55,170 nt of DNA from a virus (IMGVR_UViG_3300025607_000090:1-55170), one strand, 5' to 3'. Shown: positions 18,654-28,924, counted from the stretch's first letter. Numbers and translations are program-made. The notes: a model not told the origin generated them from the sequence alone.

Positions 18654-18751
18654 AATTTATACATTCCGTAACCATATCCCCACGCCTATCATTTTTCCTA
18701 CTATCCTCAAATAAAACCGATGATTAATACTGAATTAGAGGAGCGTTATTT

Positions 18752-19549
18752 ATGGGGCCGATATTAACTAAAATAAAAAATTTGCAGAGGAAATTGAAGT
18801 CACAGTTGTCAGATTTTTTAAAGGATTCTAGGAATCCATTCATAACGAAGCTTAGGAGGTGGTATGAAAAACCACATCCACTTTTTTGCTGGTTTGTAAA
18901 GTTTTGTAGTGAGCATGAAGTGTCTGCCTATACGGGATACTTTACTTTTTGTGCGTCTATTTTCTTTGTTTATTTTTTACCAGACTCTTGGGCCGAAGCT
19001 AAGTTAGAGGGGGCTGAAAGTTCCCTTGGTTATTTGACCGTTTACTTTGGAATATGGATTTTCTTCTTATCGTTTTGCATCCTTATTATTACCCAGAATG
19101 CTTTCAAACTTCTTGGAGAAAGGGAGTTACCTGTTAGAAAGTTAGCTATTTATTACACTGCGATAATCCTCGTATATTCAGAAGTTTACCTTTGGTTTTT
19201 CCTGATTTATGGAAACGATATGATATGTGGTTTTTATGATTATGATAGAACATTGTTGTCTAGTCCTGAATCAGTATTAGCCGGGCAAAGCCTATATTAC
19301 GTTGAGATTACAAAAGTTATTCTTGACTCAGTTCACTTTTCTATAGTTACTTCGACAACTGTTGGGTATGGAGATATGTATCCAGTTCATAATTTTGTTA
19401 AAATTATGGTCGATATTCAGATTTTGATTACTGTCGGCATCGTGACGCTAGGGCTAAGCAGATTAGGGCGAGCGACAAATGTTAAACAAAATGAACCTAC
19501 TGAATTAAAGCCAATACCTATCAAAGATTTGATCCCCCCCAAAAAATAG
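18752..19549 (+). CDS. Potassium channel family protein (moron)
   Basis: HFSIVTSTTVGYGDMYP pore helix and selectivity filter flanked by TM helices; AT-rich. Confidence 0.88.
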   Translation: MGPILTKIKNLQRKLKSQLSDFLKDSRNPFITKLRRWYEKPHPLFCWFVKFCSEHEVSAYTGYFTFCASIFFVYFLPDSWAEAKLEGAESSLGYLTVYFGIWIFFLSFCILIITQNAFKLLGERELPVRKLAIYYTAIILVYSEVYLWFFLIYGNDMICGFYDYDRTLLSSPESVLAGQSLYYVEITKVILDSVHFSIVTSTTVGYGDMYPVHNFVKIMVDIQILITVGIVTLGLSRLGRATNVKQNEPTELKPIPIKDLIPPKK

Positions 19550-19570
19550 TGCATTATCCCTATGTTGAAG

Positions 19571-19602
19571 AAATCCGCTCATTAATTTGAAGCGGATTTT
19601 TT
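19571..19602 (+). terminator. Terminator after the K+ channel gene
   Basis: AAATCCGCT...AGCGGATTTTTT. Confidence 0.7.
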
Positions 19603-19686
19603 CGTTTAACTCTCCCAGCCAAAGTCCGGACCTATTAATTTAGCTCCGGACTTTTCTATTTCTAGCTCCGGACAAATGGGTAACAC

Positions 19687-20103
19687 ATGAAATTAACATT
19701 AAAGCGAACGTACACTTCCAAAGGCACATTTGGCGAATTAGATTGTGATGGCACTTTCATCTGTTACACGGTTGAGCGCGATTGGAAGAATAACGAGTCA
19801 TCAGTTTCTTGTATTCCCGAAGGTCAATATCAAATTACGCCACACGTTAGCCCTAAGTTCGGTAGCTGCTACATCGTTGAGCAACCAACGCTAGGTGTAA
19901 CCAAGTTTGGTCCGTCGCAGCGCAGTCATATATTAATCCATAAAGCTAATTACGCGGCGCAACTTCAAGGTTGTATTGCTCCGGGTTCAGCTTTAGGTGT
20001 GGTTGGTGGTCATTGGGCTGTTACTGACAGCCGTGGAGCGTTCGAGAAGCTAATGAGCTTGCTTGGTGGCAAATCAGCAACGCTTGAGATATCGAAAGCA
20101 TGA
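19687..20103 (+). CDS. Putative endolysin (DUF5675-like)
   Basis: TFGEL, SCIPEG.Y, ILIH..N and GCI..G motifs; lysis cassette position. Confidence 0.75.
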   Translation: MKLTLKRTYTSKGTFGELDCDGTFICYTVERDWKNNESSVSCIPEGQYQITPHVSPKFGSCYIVEQPTLGVTKFGPSQRSHILIHKANYAAQLQGCIAPGSALGVVGGHWAVTDSRGAFEKLMSLLGGKSATLEISKA

Positions 20104-20666
20104 ACCTATTGAAAATTCTAGGCAAGGTTGGCGCATCCGTCCTTGCTGATGTGATACCTGGTGGTAACACGATTCTTAATGTTGTGAATGGCTTCTTGTC
20201 TGATGATGACAAATTACCAACCAATGCAACTGGCGCACAAATTCAAGATGCGATCTCTACAATGCCAGTTAATTTGCAAGCTGAGTTAATGACTAAAGAG
20301 TTCGACGTTGAAATCACTGAAATTAAAGAGCATACGAACGTTATTAAGGCGCTGGGTGAAGTTGACTCAACTGGTAACTCTACGCGACCTGAGATAGCTA
20401 AGATGATGGCGACTATCGTTTCGTTCGCCGTCATTGTTCTTGTGAGCGTTTTAGCTGTAGCGGTCTACTCAAGCGATAAAGACACAATCAAATCCATTGG
20501 TGAAGCTTGGCCGCTTGTTGTGGCTATTCTAGGCACTCCAACTGCTTTGTTGCGCATGTATTTCGGATTGCGGACAAAAGAAAAGCAGCAAAAGTATCAA
20601 GCTGTTTCAAATACTCAGCCGAGCTCAAACATTGTTGAGTTAATCAAATCATGGAAATCTAAATAA
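20100..20666 (+). CDS. Putative holin (GTA 3TM-like)
   Basis: RP.I motif, two C-terminal TM helices, YFG.R end. Confidence 0.65.
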   Translation: MNLLKILGKVGASVLADVIPGGNTILNVVNGFLSDDDKLPTNATGAQIQDAISTMPVNLQAELMTKEFDVEITEIKEHTNVIKALGEVDSTGNSTRPEIAKMMATIVSFAVIVLVSVLAVAVYSSDKDTIKSIGEAWPLVVAILGTPTALLRMYFGLRTKEKQQKYQAVSNTQPSSNIVELIKSWKSK

Positions 20667-20974
20667 TGTCAGATCAACTTAGCCAAATTAATGCTCGTAT
20701 GACCGAAATGGGTGGATCATTAAACAAAATGGCTGAGGCTATCACTGAGCTGGCTGTAACATCAGCGCGTAATGAAGAACGTCACGCTAATCATTCTCAG
20801 CGAGTAGACAGAATTGAAAAGCGGATGGACACAATCAGCACAGACCTAGCTGATGTCAAAAAGAACCAACAGAGCAACACCATAATTAGCAGTGGTGTCG
20901 TTAAAGTAACTGGTATCGTGGTTGTGGCCTGCGTAGGTCTCGTTAGCTACGTTGTACGCGGCTCGTTAGTGTAG
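20666..20974 (+). CDS. Coiled-coil protein with C-terminal TM helix (lysis-associated)
   Basis: Heptad region plus hydrophobic C-terminus. Confidence 0.6.
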   Translation: MSDQLSQINARMTEMGGSLNKMAEAITELAVTSARNEERHANHSQRVDRIEKRMDTISTDLADVKKNQQSNTIISSGVVKVTGIVVVACVGLVSYVVRGSLV

Positions 20975-20981
20975 TGGTTTC

Positions 20982-21698
20982 GTGTCGAGCAAATGGGATG
21001 CGTTACAGGCTGAGTTTGTAACGGCTCACGAAGATACCGGCATTGGCGCTAAGGATTGGTGCGAAAGCAAAGGACTGAACTACTCAACGGCTAGGCGATA
21101 TATTAAGCCGGTTAAGGTGCCAAAAGAGTCAAAAGCAAAAGGTACTGCTAAGAAGCAAGCGCTGGTCATTAAGCCTGTAAAGAAAAAAGAAGTCGTTAAG
21201 AAGTCGCACAATGCAATAAAACACGGTGGTTACTCAAAGTATTTCAGTCGAAACATTAGTGAGCTCGTTGACGGTACAACGTTAGTTGATGAATTAGACC
21301 TGTGTCGCTCGCGCATTCATCTAGTTATAACGACAATCGAGCAGATACACGAAAAGTTAAAAGAATCACCTGATGCAGAAACAGCAGCCAGCTTATTCGA
21401 GTCACTGTTTAAAGCCGATAACGCATTAGATAGGAATATCGCTCGCGTTGAGTCGATTGTTAAAACGATGTCATCGATTGAGTTAGATAATTTAAACCAG
21501 CGCAAAATCATTGCTGATACTGACCGGATCATCAAAACAGCCAAAGCAACGGTTATCAATGCCAGAAAATCAGAAGTCCAAACGGAATTGGCTGAGCTGC
21601 AAGTAGCTCAGGCGCGTAAAGATGCTGGTGGCACTAGTAAACTTGATCAATTCATTGACGAGTTGACCGGTGGCAAAGTCGATCAGGTAGTTGGTTAA
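20982..21698 (+). CDS. terS: Terminase small subunit
   Basis: N-terminal HTH (DWCESKGLNYSTARRYIK), NAIKHGGY motif, upstream of terL. Confidence 0.85.
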   Translation: MSSKWDALQAEFVTAHEDTGIGAKDWCESKGLNYSTARRYIKPVKVPKESKAKGTAKKQALVIKPVKKKEVVKKSHNAIKHGGYSKYFSRNISELVDGTTLVDELDLCRSRIHLVITTIEQIHEKLKESPDAETAASLFESLFKADNALDRNIARVESIVKTMSSIELDNLNQRKIIADTDRIIKTAKATVINARKSEVQTELAELQVAQARKDAGGTSKLDQFIDELTGGKVDQVVG

Positions 21699-23437
21699 TG
21701 CAGCCTAAAACCGCTAAATACTCTCGCGATACCTGGTTAACGCCGGAAGAACGCATGGAATTGCGGCGCGATGAAGCAGAGTTGTTGAAGCGCTGTGCCC
21801 CTTACCTTGATTGCTGGTGGTGGCGAGTAAATAACTTGTACATCATCGCTGATGAATACGGTAACGAGGTGCTATTTCGGTGCCGCCCAGCACAAACCAT
21901 GCTGTTCATGGTGATGTGGTACCTCAATATTATATTGAAAGCCCGTCAACTGGGTTTTAGTACCGCCATTCAAATTTTTATATTAGATCACGCATTGTTT
22001 AACGATAACCGGCAATGCGGGGTCATTGCTCAGGGTATCAGTGAGGCGACGGCAATATTCGCTTCTAAAATACTTTATCCATACGAGCGGCTACCTAGTT
22101 GGTTAAAGACTGGAAAAAGGGCAGTTAAGAGTAAAACAAGCACCGCACTTTACCTAAGCAATGATAGCTATGTTCGCATCGCGGTTTCTTTTCGCTCGGG
22201 TACGCTACAGGTCTTGCACGTTTCCGAGTATGGAAAGATATGCGCTCAATATCCGCTAAGAGCAGATGAAGTTCAATCTGGTTCGCTTAATGCGGTCCAT
22301 AAAGGTTCACTCTTGTTTGTTGAATCAACGGCAGAGGGCGCAAGCGGCAACTTCTTTGACATGTCTATCGAAGCCATGGAAACAAAAGAGTCCGGCATCG
22401 ATTTGTCACAACAAGATTTCAAATTTCATTTTTTTCCGTGGTTTGATGATGCCAAATATGTCTTGGAGCTACCAGAGCGCGGGTTACAGCTCACTAAAGC
22501 GCAGGCCAAGTATTTTGATGCGGTTGAAAAAGCCAACGGCATTACGCTGAGTGACGAGCAAAAGAACTGGTACATCAATAAAGAACGCACACAGAAAGCG
22601 AAGATGAAACAAGAGTTTCCGTCAACGCCAATGGAAGCGTTTCTCACTTCTGGCCGTAAAGTATTCGATAGTGACGATTTGATGCGGGCAGAGGGGCGCT
22701 GTTCCAAGCCGCTTATTGTTTATGACGTTTGCCCGACCACAGGTAAACGCAAGAAAGTCACAGGTAAGGTTGATTTATCCAGTAAAGCCGCTGACAAGCT
22801 AACTTTGGCGACTGCTGGTTATCTCTTGGTTTGGGAATTGCCTGACGAAGATGAAGATTACGCTATCGGCGCTGACATTGCCGAAGGGCTCGAACATGGC
22901 GATAGAAGTTCATTCGATATTGTTGCCAAGTCAGATGGCCGTCAAGTAGCTCATTGGTTCGGCCATTTAGATACCAAGCGATTCGCCCGGTTACTGGCTC
23001 ATATCGGTGAGTGGTACAGCTGGGCTTATATCGGACCTGAGCGTAACAATCATGGTCATGCTGTTTTACAAGAGCTTGTTGATATTTACCCAACGAGCCG
23101 AATTTACACCGAAGAACATTTAGATCGCGAAGATACTGACCAAGAGACACAAAAAGTCGGTTGGCATACTTCAGCACAATCCAAGCCTATTTTGGTTTCT
23201 GGCTTAGAAGATTTACTGGCCAATGATGCAGATGGAATTCGTTGGCGCGGCACAGTTTCAGAACTAAACATATTCGTATTTGATAAAAAAGGTCGCATGG
23301 GTGCTCAGTCCGGCGGCTTTGACGATCAAGTAATGAGCTACATGATTGCTCAAGAAATGCGAGCTCGTATGCCGAAGCGTCGAGTTATCGATGATTCAAA
23401 CGCACCCCATAACCCTAACCACTGGATGGCACGATAA
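21698..23437 (+). CDS. terL: Terminase large subunit
   Basis: LKARQLGFST Walker A, LHVSE Walker B, ESTAEG, GADIAEG and DDQVM nuclease motifs. Confidence 0.95.
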   Translation: MQPKTAKYSRDTWLTPEERMELRRDEAELLKRCAPYLDCWWWRVNNLYIIADEYGNEVLFRCRPAQTMLFMVMWYLNIILKARQLGFSTAIQIFILDHALFNDNRQCGVIAQGISEATAIFASKILYPYERLPSWLKTGKRAVKSKTSTALYLSNDSYVRIAVSFRSGTLQVLHVSEYGKICAQYPLRADEVQSGSLNAVHKGSLLFVESTAEGASGNFFDMSIEAMETKESGIDLSQQDFKFHFFPWFDDAKYVLELPERGLQLTKAQAKYFDAVEKANGITLSDEQKNWYINKERTQKAKMKQEFPSTPMEAFLTSGRKVFDSDDLMRAEGRCSKPLIVYDVCPTTGKRKKVTGKVDLSSKAADKLTLATAGYLLVWELPDEDEDYAIGADIAEGLEHGDRSSFDIVAKSDGRQVAHWFGHLDTKRFARLLAHIGEWYSWAYIGPERNNHGHAVLQELVDIYPTSRIYTEEHLDREDTDQETQKVGWHTSAQSKPILVSGLEDLLANDADGIRWRGTVSELNIFVFDKKGRMGAQSGGFDDQVMSYMIAQEMRARMPKRRVIDDSNAPHNPNHWMAR

Positions 23438-23440
23438 ACG

Positions 23441-25537
23441 ATGGTTGATTACGTCAAATCTAACAAAGACGGTTTTACGCTAACACAGCTGTCAAGCCTC
23501 ATGGGCGCTATTGATGCGCAGCCAGAGTGGCGCGGGCCTGCATCAAGAGCTTGTGCTTATTACGATGGTGATCAACTAAGCACTACCATTCGTCAGGTAT
23601 TACAAGAGCGCGGTCAGCCAGAAATTGTTCACAACATGATTGGGCCAACTATTGACGGTGTACTTGGCCTTGAAGCCAAATCACGCGCTGATTTAATGGT
23701 GAGTGCTGATGATGACGATGGCGACGAAATGGCGCTGGCGCTTAATGAGCAATTTAAAGATGCTTGGCGCTTGTCTGGTGCTGATCGTGCTTGTTCCGAT
23801 GCGTATGCTGGCCAAATCAAGGCTGGCATTGGCTGGGTAGAAGTTACACGCAACCCCATTCCATTTGCTGCTGAGTTTCGGATCAAGAATATTCACCGTC
23901 GCAATATCTGGTGGGATTGGCACGCATCTGAGATTGACCGCAGTGACGCACGATGGATACTGCACAAAAAATGGATTGATTTTGATGAAGCTTTATCGAT
24001 ATTTCCTGATCACAAGGAAGTAATAAAGCAAACCATCAATTTGTGGGAGGACTTCGCGAACACGGAAGATTTGGATAGCATTAACACCGATCTACATGCC
24101 GCGTGGCATGAGTATGACAGCTGGGATCGTCAACAGTCTGACTGGATGGACACTCAACGTGAACGAGTGTTACTGCAGGTCGTTTATTACAAGACTTGGC
24201 GCAGGGCTCATGTGTTAAAGCTTAATGATGGCCGCGTAATTGAATACGATGCTAATAATAAAGTTCACGCTGCTGCTGTTCAAAGCGGCAAAGTCGAGCT
24301 GTCTTATGCATCATTCCCTAAAGTTCGAGAAGCGTGGTTTGTTGGTCCTCATCGTATTGTCGATCGCCCTTGTGATGCACCAGATGGTAAATATCCGCTG
24401 GTCCCGTTTATTGGTTACCAAAAAGACAGTAGTGGCGAACCATACGGACTGATTAGCCGCATGATTCCAGCGCAGGATGGTATCAATGCTCGCGTAATTC
24501 GACTTAACTATTTGCTGCAAGCACGTCGAATCATTGCTGATGAGGACGCGACGAACTTATCCGAACGTAAGCTAAAAGAGGAAGTCGAAAAACCAGACGG
24601 CTACATTCCTCTTAACCCTGAACGAAAAAACAAAAACAAATCAATCAATGAGTCGTTTTCGGTGCAAAACGATATAGGTATCGCGGCGCAGCAGTTTAAC
24701 CTGATGCAAAACGATATGAAGCTTATTCAAGACACTGCAGGTGTTTATAACTCGATGTTAGGGCAAGACTCTAATGCAACATCGGGCGTTGCTATTGCCA
24801 ATCTGGTAGAGCAGGGCACAACAACACTTGCAGAGGTTAACGACAACTTTCATTACAGCCGCAACAAGGTTGCTGACCTGTTGCTGGCCTATAAAGTCGT
24901 TGATTTAGTCAAGCGTGAGAACGTTAAAGTAACCGTCAATCGTAATGATAAAGCGCGTAAGAAAAACATCATGCTGAATAGTGTTGATGATGAAGGTCTA
25001 CGCACTAATGATGTGGCTCGTTTCCGTGGTCACATTGCGTTAATGCCTATCCCGGCAACGCCAACTTATCGCCAGCAGCAAGCACAATTACTTACTCAAG
25101 CCATGGGCCAAATACCAGCCGAAGCACAAGCAGCTGTTGTTCCAATGCTGATCGAGTTAATGGACGTTCCAAATAAGCAGGAAGTTTTAGACTCTATTCG
25201 CCAATCGCTCAATATCCCTAAAGCGCCAGAGGATATGACCGAAGAAGAACAGCAAGCCGCAGCTCAACAGCAGCAAAAGGCTCAAATGGCCGAGCAAATG
25301 CAAATGGAACAAATGCAAGGTGAGCTCGAAAAACTCAAACTTGATCGTGAATTACTAGTAGCTCGTATTGCTGAACTGCAAAAGAAAACAGAAACGGAAG
25401 ATGTTAAAGACGACAAGCTAATCGCTGAAACTGAGCAGATCCTACAAGACATTGAGCGCAGCAACGCCGAAGTAGCCGCGATGCGTTCGACTGTGACAAC
25501 CAATATTAAATCCCAACTAGACGCGATACAGGTGTAA
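23441..25537 (+). CDS. Portal protein (P22-like, with C-terminal barrel helix)
   Basis: YYDGDQ, N.I.P.ID.VLG motifs, Q-rich C-terminal coiled coil, follows terL. Confidence 0.9.
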   Translation: MVDYVKSNKDGFTLTQLSSLMGAIDAQPEWRGPASRACAYYDGDQLSTTIRQVLQERGQPEIVHNMIGPTIDGVLGLEAKSRADLMVSADDDDGDEMALALNEQFKDAWRLSGADRACSDAYAGQIKAGIGWVEVTRNPIPFAAEFRIKNIHRRNIWWDWHASEIDRSDARWILHKKWIDFDEALSIFPDHKEVIKQTINLWEDFANTEDLDSINTDLHAAWHEYDSWDRQQSDWMDTQRERVLLQVVYYKTWRRAHVLKLNDGRVIEYDANNKVHAAAVQSGKVELSYASFPKVREAWFVGPHRIVDRPCDAPDGKYPLVPFIGYQKDSSGEPYGLISRMIPAQDGINARVIRLNYLLQARRIIADEDATNLSERKLKEEVEKPDGYIPLNPERKNKNKSINESFSVQNDIGIAAQQFNLMQNDMKLIQDTAGVYNSMLGQDSNATSGVAIANLVEQGTTTLAEVNDNFHYSRNKVADLLLAYKVVDLVKRENVKVTVNRNDKARKKNIMLNSVDDEGLRTNDVARFRGHIALMPIPATPTYRQQQAQLLTQAMGQIPAEAQAAVVPMLIELMDVPNKQEVLDSIRQSLNIPKAPEDMTEEEQQAAAQQQQKAQMAEQMQMEQMQGELEKLKLDRELLVARIAELQKKTETEDVKDDKLIAETEQILQDIERSNAEVAAMRSTVTTNIKSQLDAIQV

Positions 25538-25540
25538 ATA

Positions 25541-26266
25541 ATGAGTGACGTAACAACGACAGAAAAGATTTTGCTTGTTGGAGACAACGCTGGAATGGTT
25601 CATATCAGCGAAGTGATGGCCGAGTTTCAATGCCATAAGGTGGTAATGGCTGCGGTGATTAAATCCGTTGCTGAACTAGCTGAACAGGAAGATTTATCGC
25701 TAATCATCTGTTTGCCGGGTACCGACATTGAAATGCCTTACTTGGCGTCGGTCGATATGGTTAATCGGTATATTCCTATTGCTGGTGATTACCTTGTGTT
25801 GTATGAAAACGATTATGTGTCTATCAGCCCCAAGCAGGCATTTGAAGATGGTTACAACCAAATTCAATTCACCTCAGTAGGGGGAGAAGGCGACGAGCTA
25901 TTAATTCCAGATGAGAACGTGGATCAAGTAACAGCAATCGCCAAAATGTGCCATGAAGTTAATCGCTCTTACTGTGAAGCGTTACGCGAACCAATGCCAG
26001 CGTGGGACGAAGCTGAGCAGCACCATCGCGATAAGGCCATTGCAGGTGTGGCACTTTATATCATGTACCCAACATTAGGCCCAAGCGCTCGCCATGATAA
26101 TTGGATGGCACAAAAGCTAGCCAAGGGTTGGTCTTACGGCAAGGTTATGGATCTCAAAGCCAAAAAACACCACAGCTTAAAGCCGTTCCATCATCTGCCA
26201 ATCGAGCAGCAAGCTAAAGACTTCATCTTCCATTCAATCGTTCATCAAGCCATTCATCAGGGGTAA
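25541..26266 (+). CDS. Two-domain protein with C-terminal RyR domain
   Basis: N-domain CHKVV...GDYLVLYENDYVSISPKQAFEDGY; C-domain H..WM..K...GW.YG...D...K.H..L.PF..LP..Q..KD. Confidence 0.8.
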   Translation: MSDVTTTEKILLVGDNAGMVHISEVMAEFQCHKVVMAAVIKSVAELAEQEDLSLIICLPGTDIEMPYLASVDMVNRYIPIAGDYLVLYENDYVSISPKQAFEDGYNQIQFTSVGGEGDELLIPDENVDQVTAIAKMCHEVNRSYCEALREPMPAWDEAEQHHRDKAIAGVALYIMYPTLGPSARHDNWMAQKLAKGWSYGKVMDLKAKKHHSLKPFHHLPIEQQAKDFIFHSIVHQAIHQG

Positions 26267-26268
26267 CT

Positions 26269-26466
26269 ATGGGTTTATTTCAAAAATTAGGTCGCTTAAT
26301 AGGCATCGGTAAAGAGCCAAAGCGTTACCCAAAGCAAAGAATTTCAGCGCCTATGACTGACGATAAGAACATTGCTCAACATAAAAAGCCAGTCAAGACA
26401 GGTAATCGAGTGCCTTACATTTCATGGGGTAGCTTCACACTCCAATTACGAAAACCCTACCGCTAA
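26269..26466 (+). CDS. Small basic hypothetical protein
   Basis: ORF with RBS ahead of a terminator. Confidence 0.45.
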   Translation: MGLFQKLGRLIGIGKEPKRYPKQRISAPMTDDKNIAQHKKPVKTGNRVPYISWGSFTLQLRKPYR

Positions 26467-26488
26467 TAACTAAACGCTAAGTAGACAC

Positions 26489-26523
26489 AAAGCCGCTTTC
26501 AAGAAATTGGAGGCGGCTTTTTT
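26489..26523 (+). terminator. Rho-independent terminator
   Basis: AAAGCCGCTT...GGCGGCTTTTTT. Confidence 0.7.
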
Positions 26524-26616
26524 GTGCCTAGCAATCAGAGACACAACCTCGCACTGGCAGCGATACGCCTGAACTTTAAATTTCGTAACCATACGTTAAA
26601 TGGTCGATGGAGAAAC

Positions 26617-27645
26617 ATGAGCACTAACTTTGATGAAATTCTTGAATCTGGTGATGAAGCCGCAATTGAAGCGGCTTTAGCCGAAATGGAAACCACTGGT
26701 GATGTGTTATTTGACGACGGCGACGCCGAAGAAGTAGCACCAGTCGTAGCGCAAAAGGAAGAAGTGCCGCAGGAAGCAGCACCAGCACAAGAAGTAGCAG
26801 CGACAGCAACTAGCGAAACCGACGTAGCAAATACCGAGTCGTCACCGGCGCAAGAGCAACCAGCAGCAACGGAAGAAAACCAGTCAATCGAAACTAAAAA
26901 CGGTAAAGGCACCATTCCTTTCGGCGTGTTAAGCGCAGCAAGAGAAGAAGCTAACACCGCCAAGGCCGCACTCGAAGTCGCGCAAGCGGAAGCTGAAACG
27001 CTTAAAAAGCAAATCGCTGAGTCAGATCAGATGAAGTCGCTTTATAGCCAGCAGTTAGATAAGGCAGGTATCGAACTAGGTTTAACTCCGGAGCAAATGC
27101 TAAGCGATCCGAAAGTCATGGATCAACTCAAAGAAGACTATCCCGGTATTGGTGAAGCAGTGGCAGCGATAGCAGCTCAACTGCAGCCACAACAACCAGA
27201 AGTTAAACCGCAAGCACCGCAAGAGCAAGGTCCAGATGATGCGACACAAACAGCCTTTGATGGCTCAGCGCATTTAAAGAACTGGCTCGACAGCGATGCT
27301 GAACGCTGGCAACTAGCCCAACAGATAGATCAACGACTCGCGAATGACCCATCGTTTGCAAACAAAACAATCACGGAGCGATTCACTGAAGTTGAAAAGC
27401 GCGTAATGAGCGCCTTTGGCGATGCTGTACCTGCTACTGCAACCACAGAGCAACCAGCAGCCACTACCAAACCTCAAACCGCTCCCATCCCAAACACTCC
27501 ATCCGATATCGGACACCAAGGCGCTGACAACAGCCGTAACGCTCAATTGCTTGACCAAGACGCAGCTTCATTGACTGCGCAAATGGCCAATATGAGTGAT
27601 GCGGATATTGAAGCTGCTTTGGCTGAAGCGTCGGACTTTCTATAG
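26617..27645 (+). CDS. Capsid scaffolding protein
   Basis: Acidic, Ala/Glu-rich, KNGKGTIPF motif, directly upstream of the capsid gene; GGAG RBS at ATG 26617. Confidence 0.8.
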   Translation: MSTNFDEILESGDEAAIEAALAEMETTGDVLFDDGDAEEVAPVVAQKEEVPQEAAPAQEVAATATSETDVANTESSPAQEQPAATEENQSIETKNGKGTIPFGVLSAAREEANTAKAALEVAQAEAETLKKQIAESDQMKSLYSQQLDKAGIELGLTPEQMLSDPKVMDQLKEDYPGIGEAVAAIAAQLQPQQPEVKPQAPQEQGPDDATQTAFDGSAHLKNWLDSDAERWQLAQQIDQRLANDPSFANKTITERFTEVEKRVMSAFGDAVPATATTEQPAATTKPQTAPIPNTPSDIGHQGADNSRNAQLLDQDAASLTAQMANMSDADIEAALAEASDFL

Positions 27646-27656
27646 GAACATAAACA

Positions 27657-28868
27657 ATGTCCACAATTACTAGAGCTCAGGCGGCTAAAGCATTTGGCGC
27701 AGCCCTGTTTACACACACACGCCGTCAAAATTCATTCGTGAATATGTTGACTGGTGCCGCTCCACAATCTGCTAAGAAAGATAAGAATCACGGCAAGTCA
27801 CAGACCGAAAAAGGCGCACCAATCGTTATGATTAACGACTTGGCTAGTCAAGCTGGTGACGGGGTTGAAATGGATTTATTCCACAACTTAAACGGCCTAC
27901 CAACAATGGGCGATAAAAAGCTTGCTGGTCGTGGTGAAGATTTATCTAAAACCACTTTCGAGCTGAACATTGACCAAGGTCGTAAGATGGTTGATAGCGG
28001 TGGCAAGATGTCGCAAAAGCGTACTAAGCATAACTTGCTTAGCACAGCTAAAACGTTGCTTGCTAACTACTTCAACGATTTACAGGATGAAATCGTTACT
28101 TATCACTTAGCTGGTGCGCGTGGCTCATATCAAGCAGAAGGTATTATCGTACCACAAGCTGATCATGAAGATTTTAAAGAAATCATGGTTAATGATGTGC
28201 TAGCTCCAACGTATGATCGTCACGTTTTTGGTGGTGATGCGACTAGCTTTGCAACCATCGATGCTGCTGACATCATGACTTTGGACAAGCTTGAAGATCT
28301 AGCGTTAATGCTAGAAGAACAAGCGAACCCAATGAAGCACATTTCGTTCGAAGCGGATCAGATGGCAAATGAATCGCCATTCTTCTTGCTGTTCGTCACA
28401 CCACGCCAAATGAAAGATTTGCGTAAATCTGCTGGTGATAAGGGTATTCGTGAGCTACAAGCTAACGCAATGACTCGTAGCAAAGGATTTGCTCACAAAG
28501 TCTTTAGCGGTGACACGTTAATGTGGCGCAACATCTTAGTGCGTACTTACAGCAAGCCGGTTCGTTTCTATGCTGGTGATAACATTGCTGTATCAAACAA
28601 CGATAAGCTGGCTACCACATCGCTTCAAACTGCTGGTGTTGATATCGATCGCGCAATCTTGCTTGGCGGTCAAGCACTTGCTAACGCTTATGGTGGCGCA
28701 AGCTCAGGCAGTCATTTTGCGATGACTACTGAAAAGAACGATCACGGCAACGGTCGCGAAACTTCAATCGCATGGATGAACGGTTGTAAGAAGGTTCGTT
28801 TCGCAGAGAAGAACGGTCGCGTCAACGATTACGGCACTATGATCCTCGATACTGCTGTCACGCTTTAA
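27657..28868 (+). CDS. Major capsid protein (N4-gp56/DUF4043-like)
   Basis: DL...AGD.V, G.KMSQKRT.HNL, RAILLGGQAL, DHGN and DYG motifs. Confidence 0.9.
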   Translation: MSTITRAQAAKAFGAALFTHTRRQNSFVNMLTGAAPQSAKKDKNHGKSQTEKGAPIVMINDLASQAGDGVEMDLFHNLNGLPTMGDKKLAGRGEDLSKTTFELNIDQGRKMVDSGGKMSQKRTKHNLLSTAKTLLANYFNDLQDEIVTYHLAGARGSYQAEGIIVPQADHEDFKEIMVNDVLAPTYDRHVFGGDATSFATIDAADIMTLDKLEDLALMLEEQANPMKHISFEADQMANESPFFLLFVTPRQMKDLRKSAGDKGIRELQANAMTRSKGFAHKVFSGDTLMWRNILVRTYSKPVRFYAGDNIAVSNNDKLATTSLQTAGVDIDRAILLGGQALANAYGGASSGSHFAMTTEKNDHGNGRETSIAWMNGCKKVRFAEKNGRVNDYGTMILDTAVTL

Positions 28869-28924
28869 TCAAAATATGGCGGCTTATTAGGTCGCTTTTT
28901 ATTTAATCTATTGGAGTAATTCCC

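Noticed and set aside
19622-19672. Three TCCGGA copies with an AAAGTCCGGA/TCCGGACTTT hairpin before the endolysin
   Set aside because: Consistent with an ordinary late-leader terminator or translational control hairpin; not enough evidence for an ncRNA.
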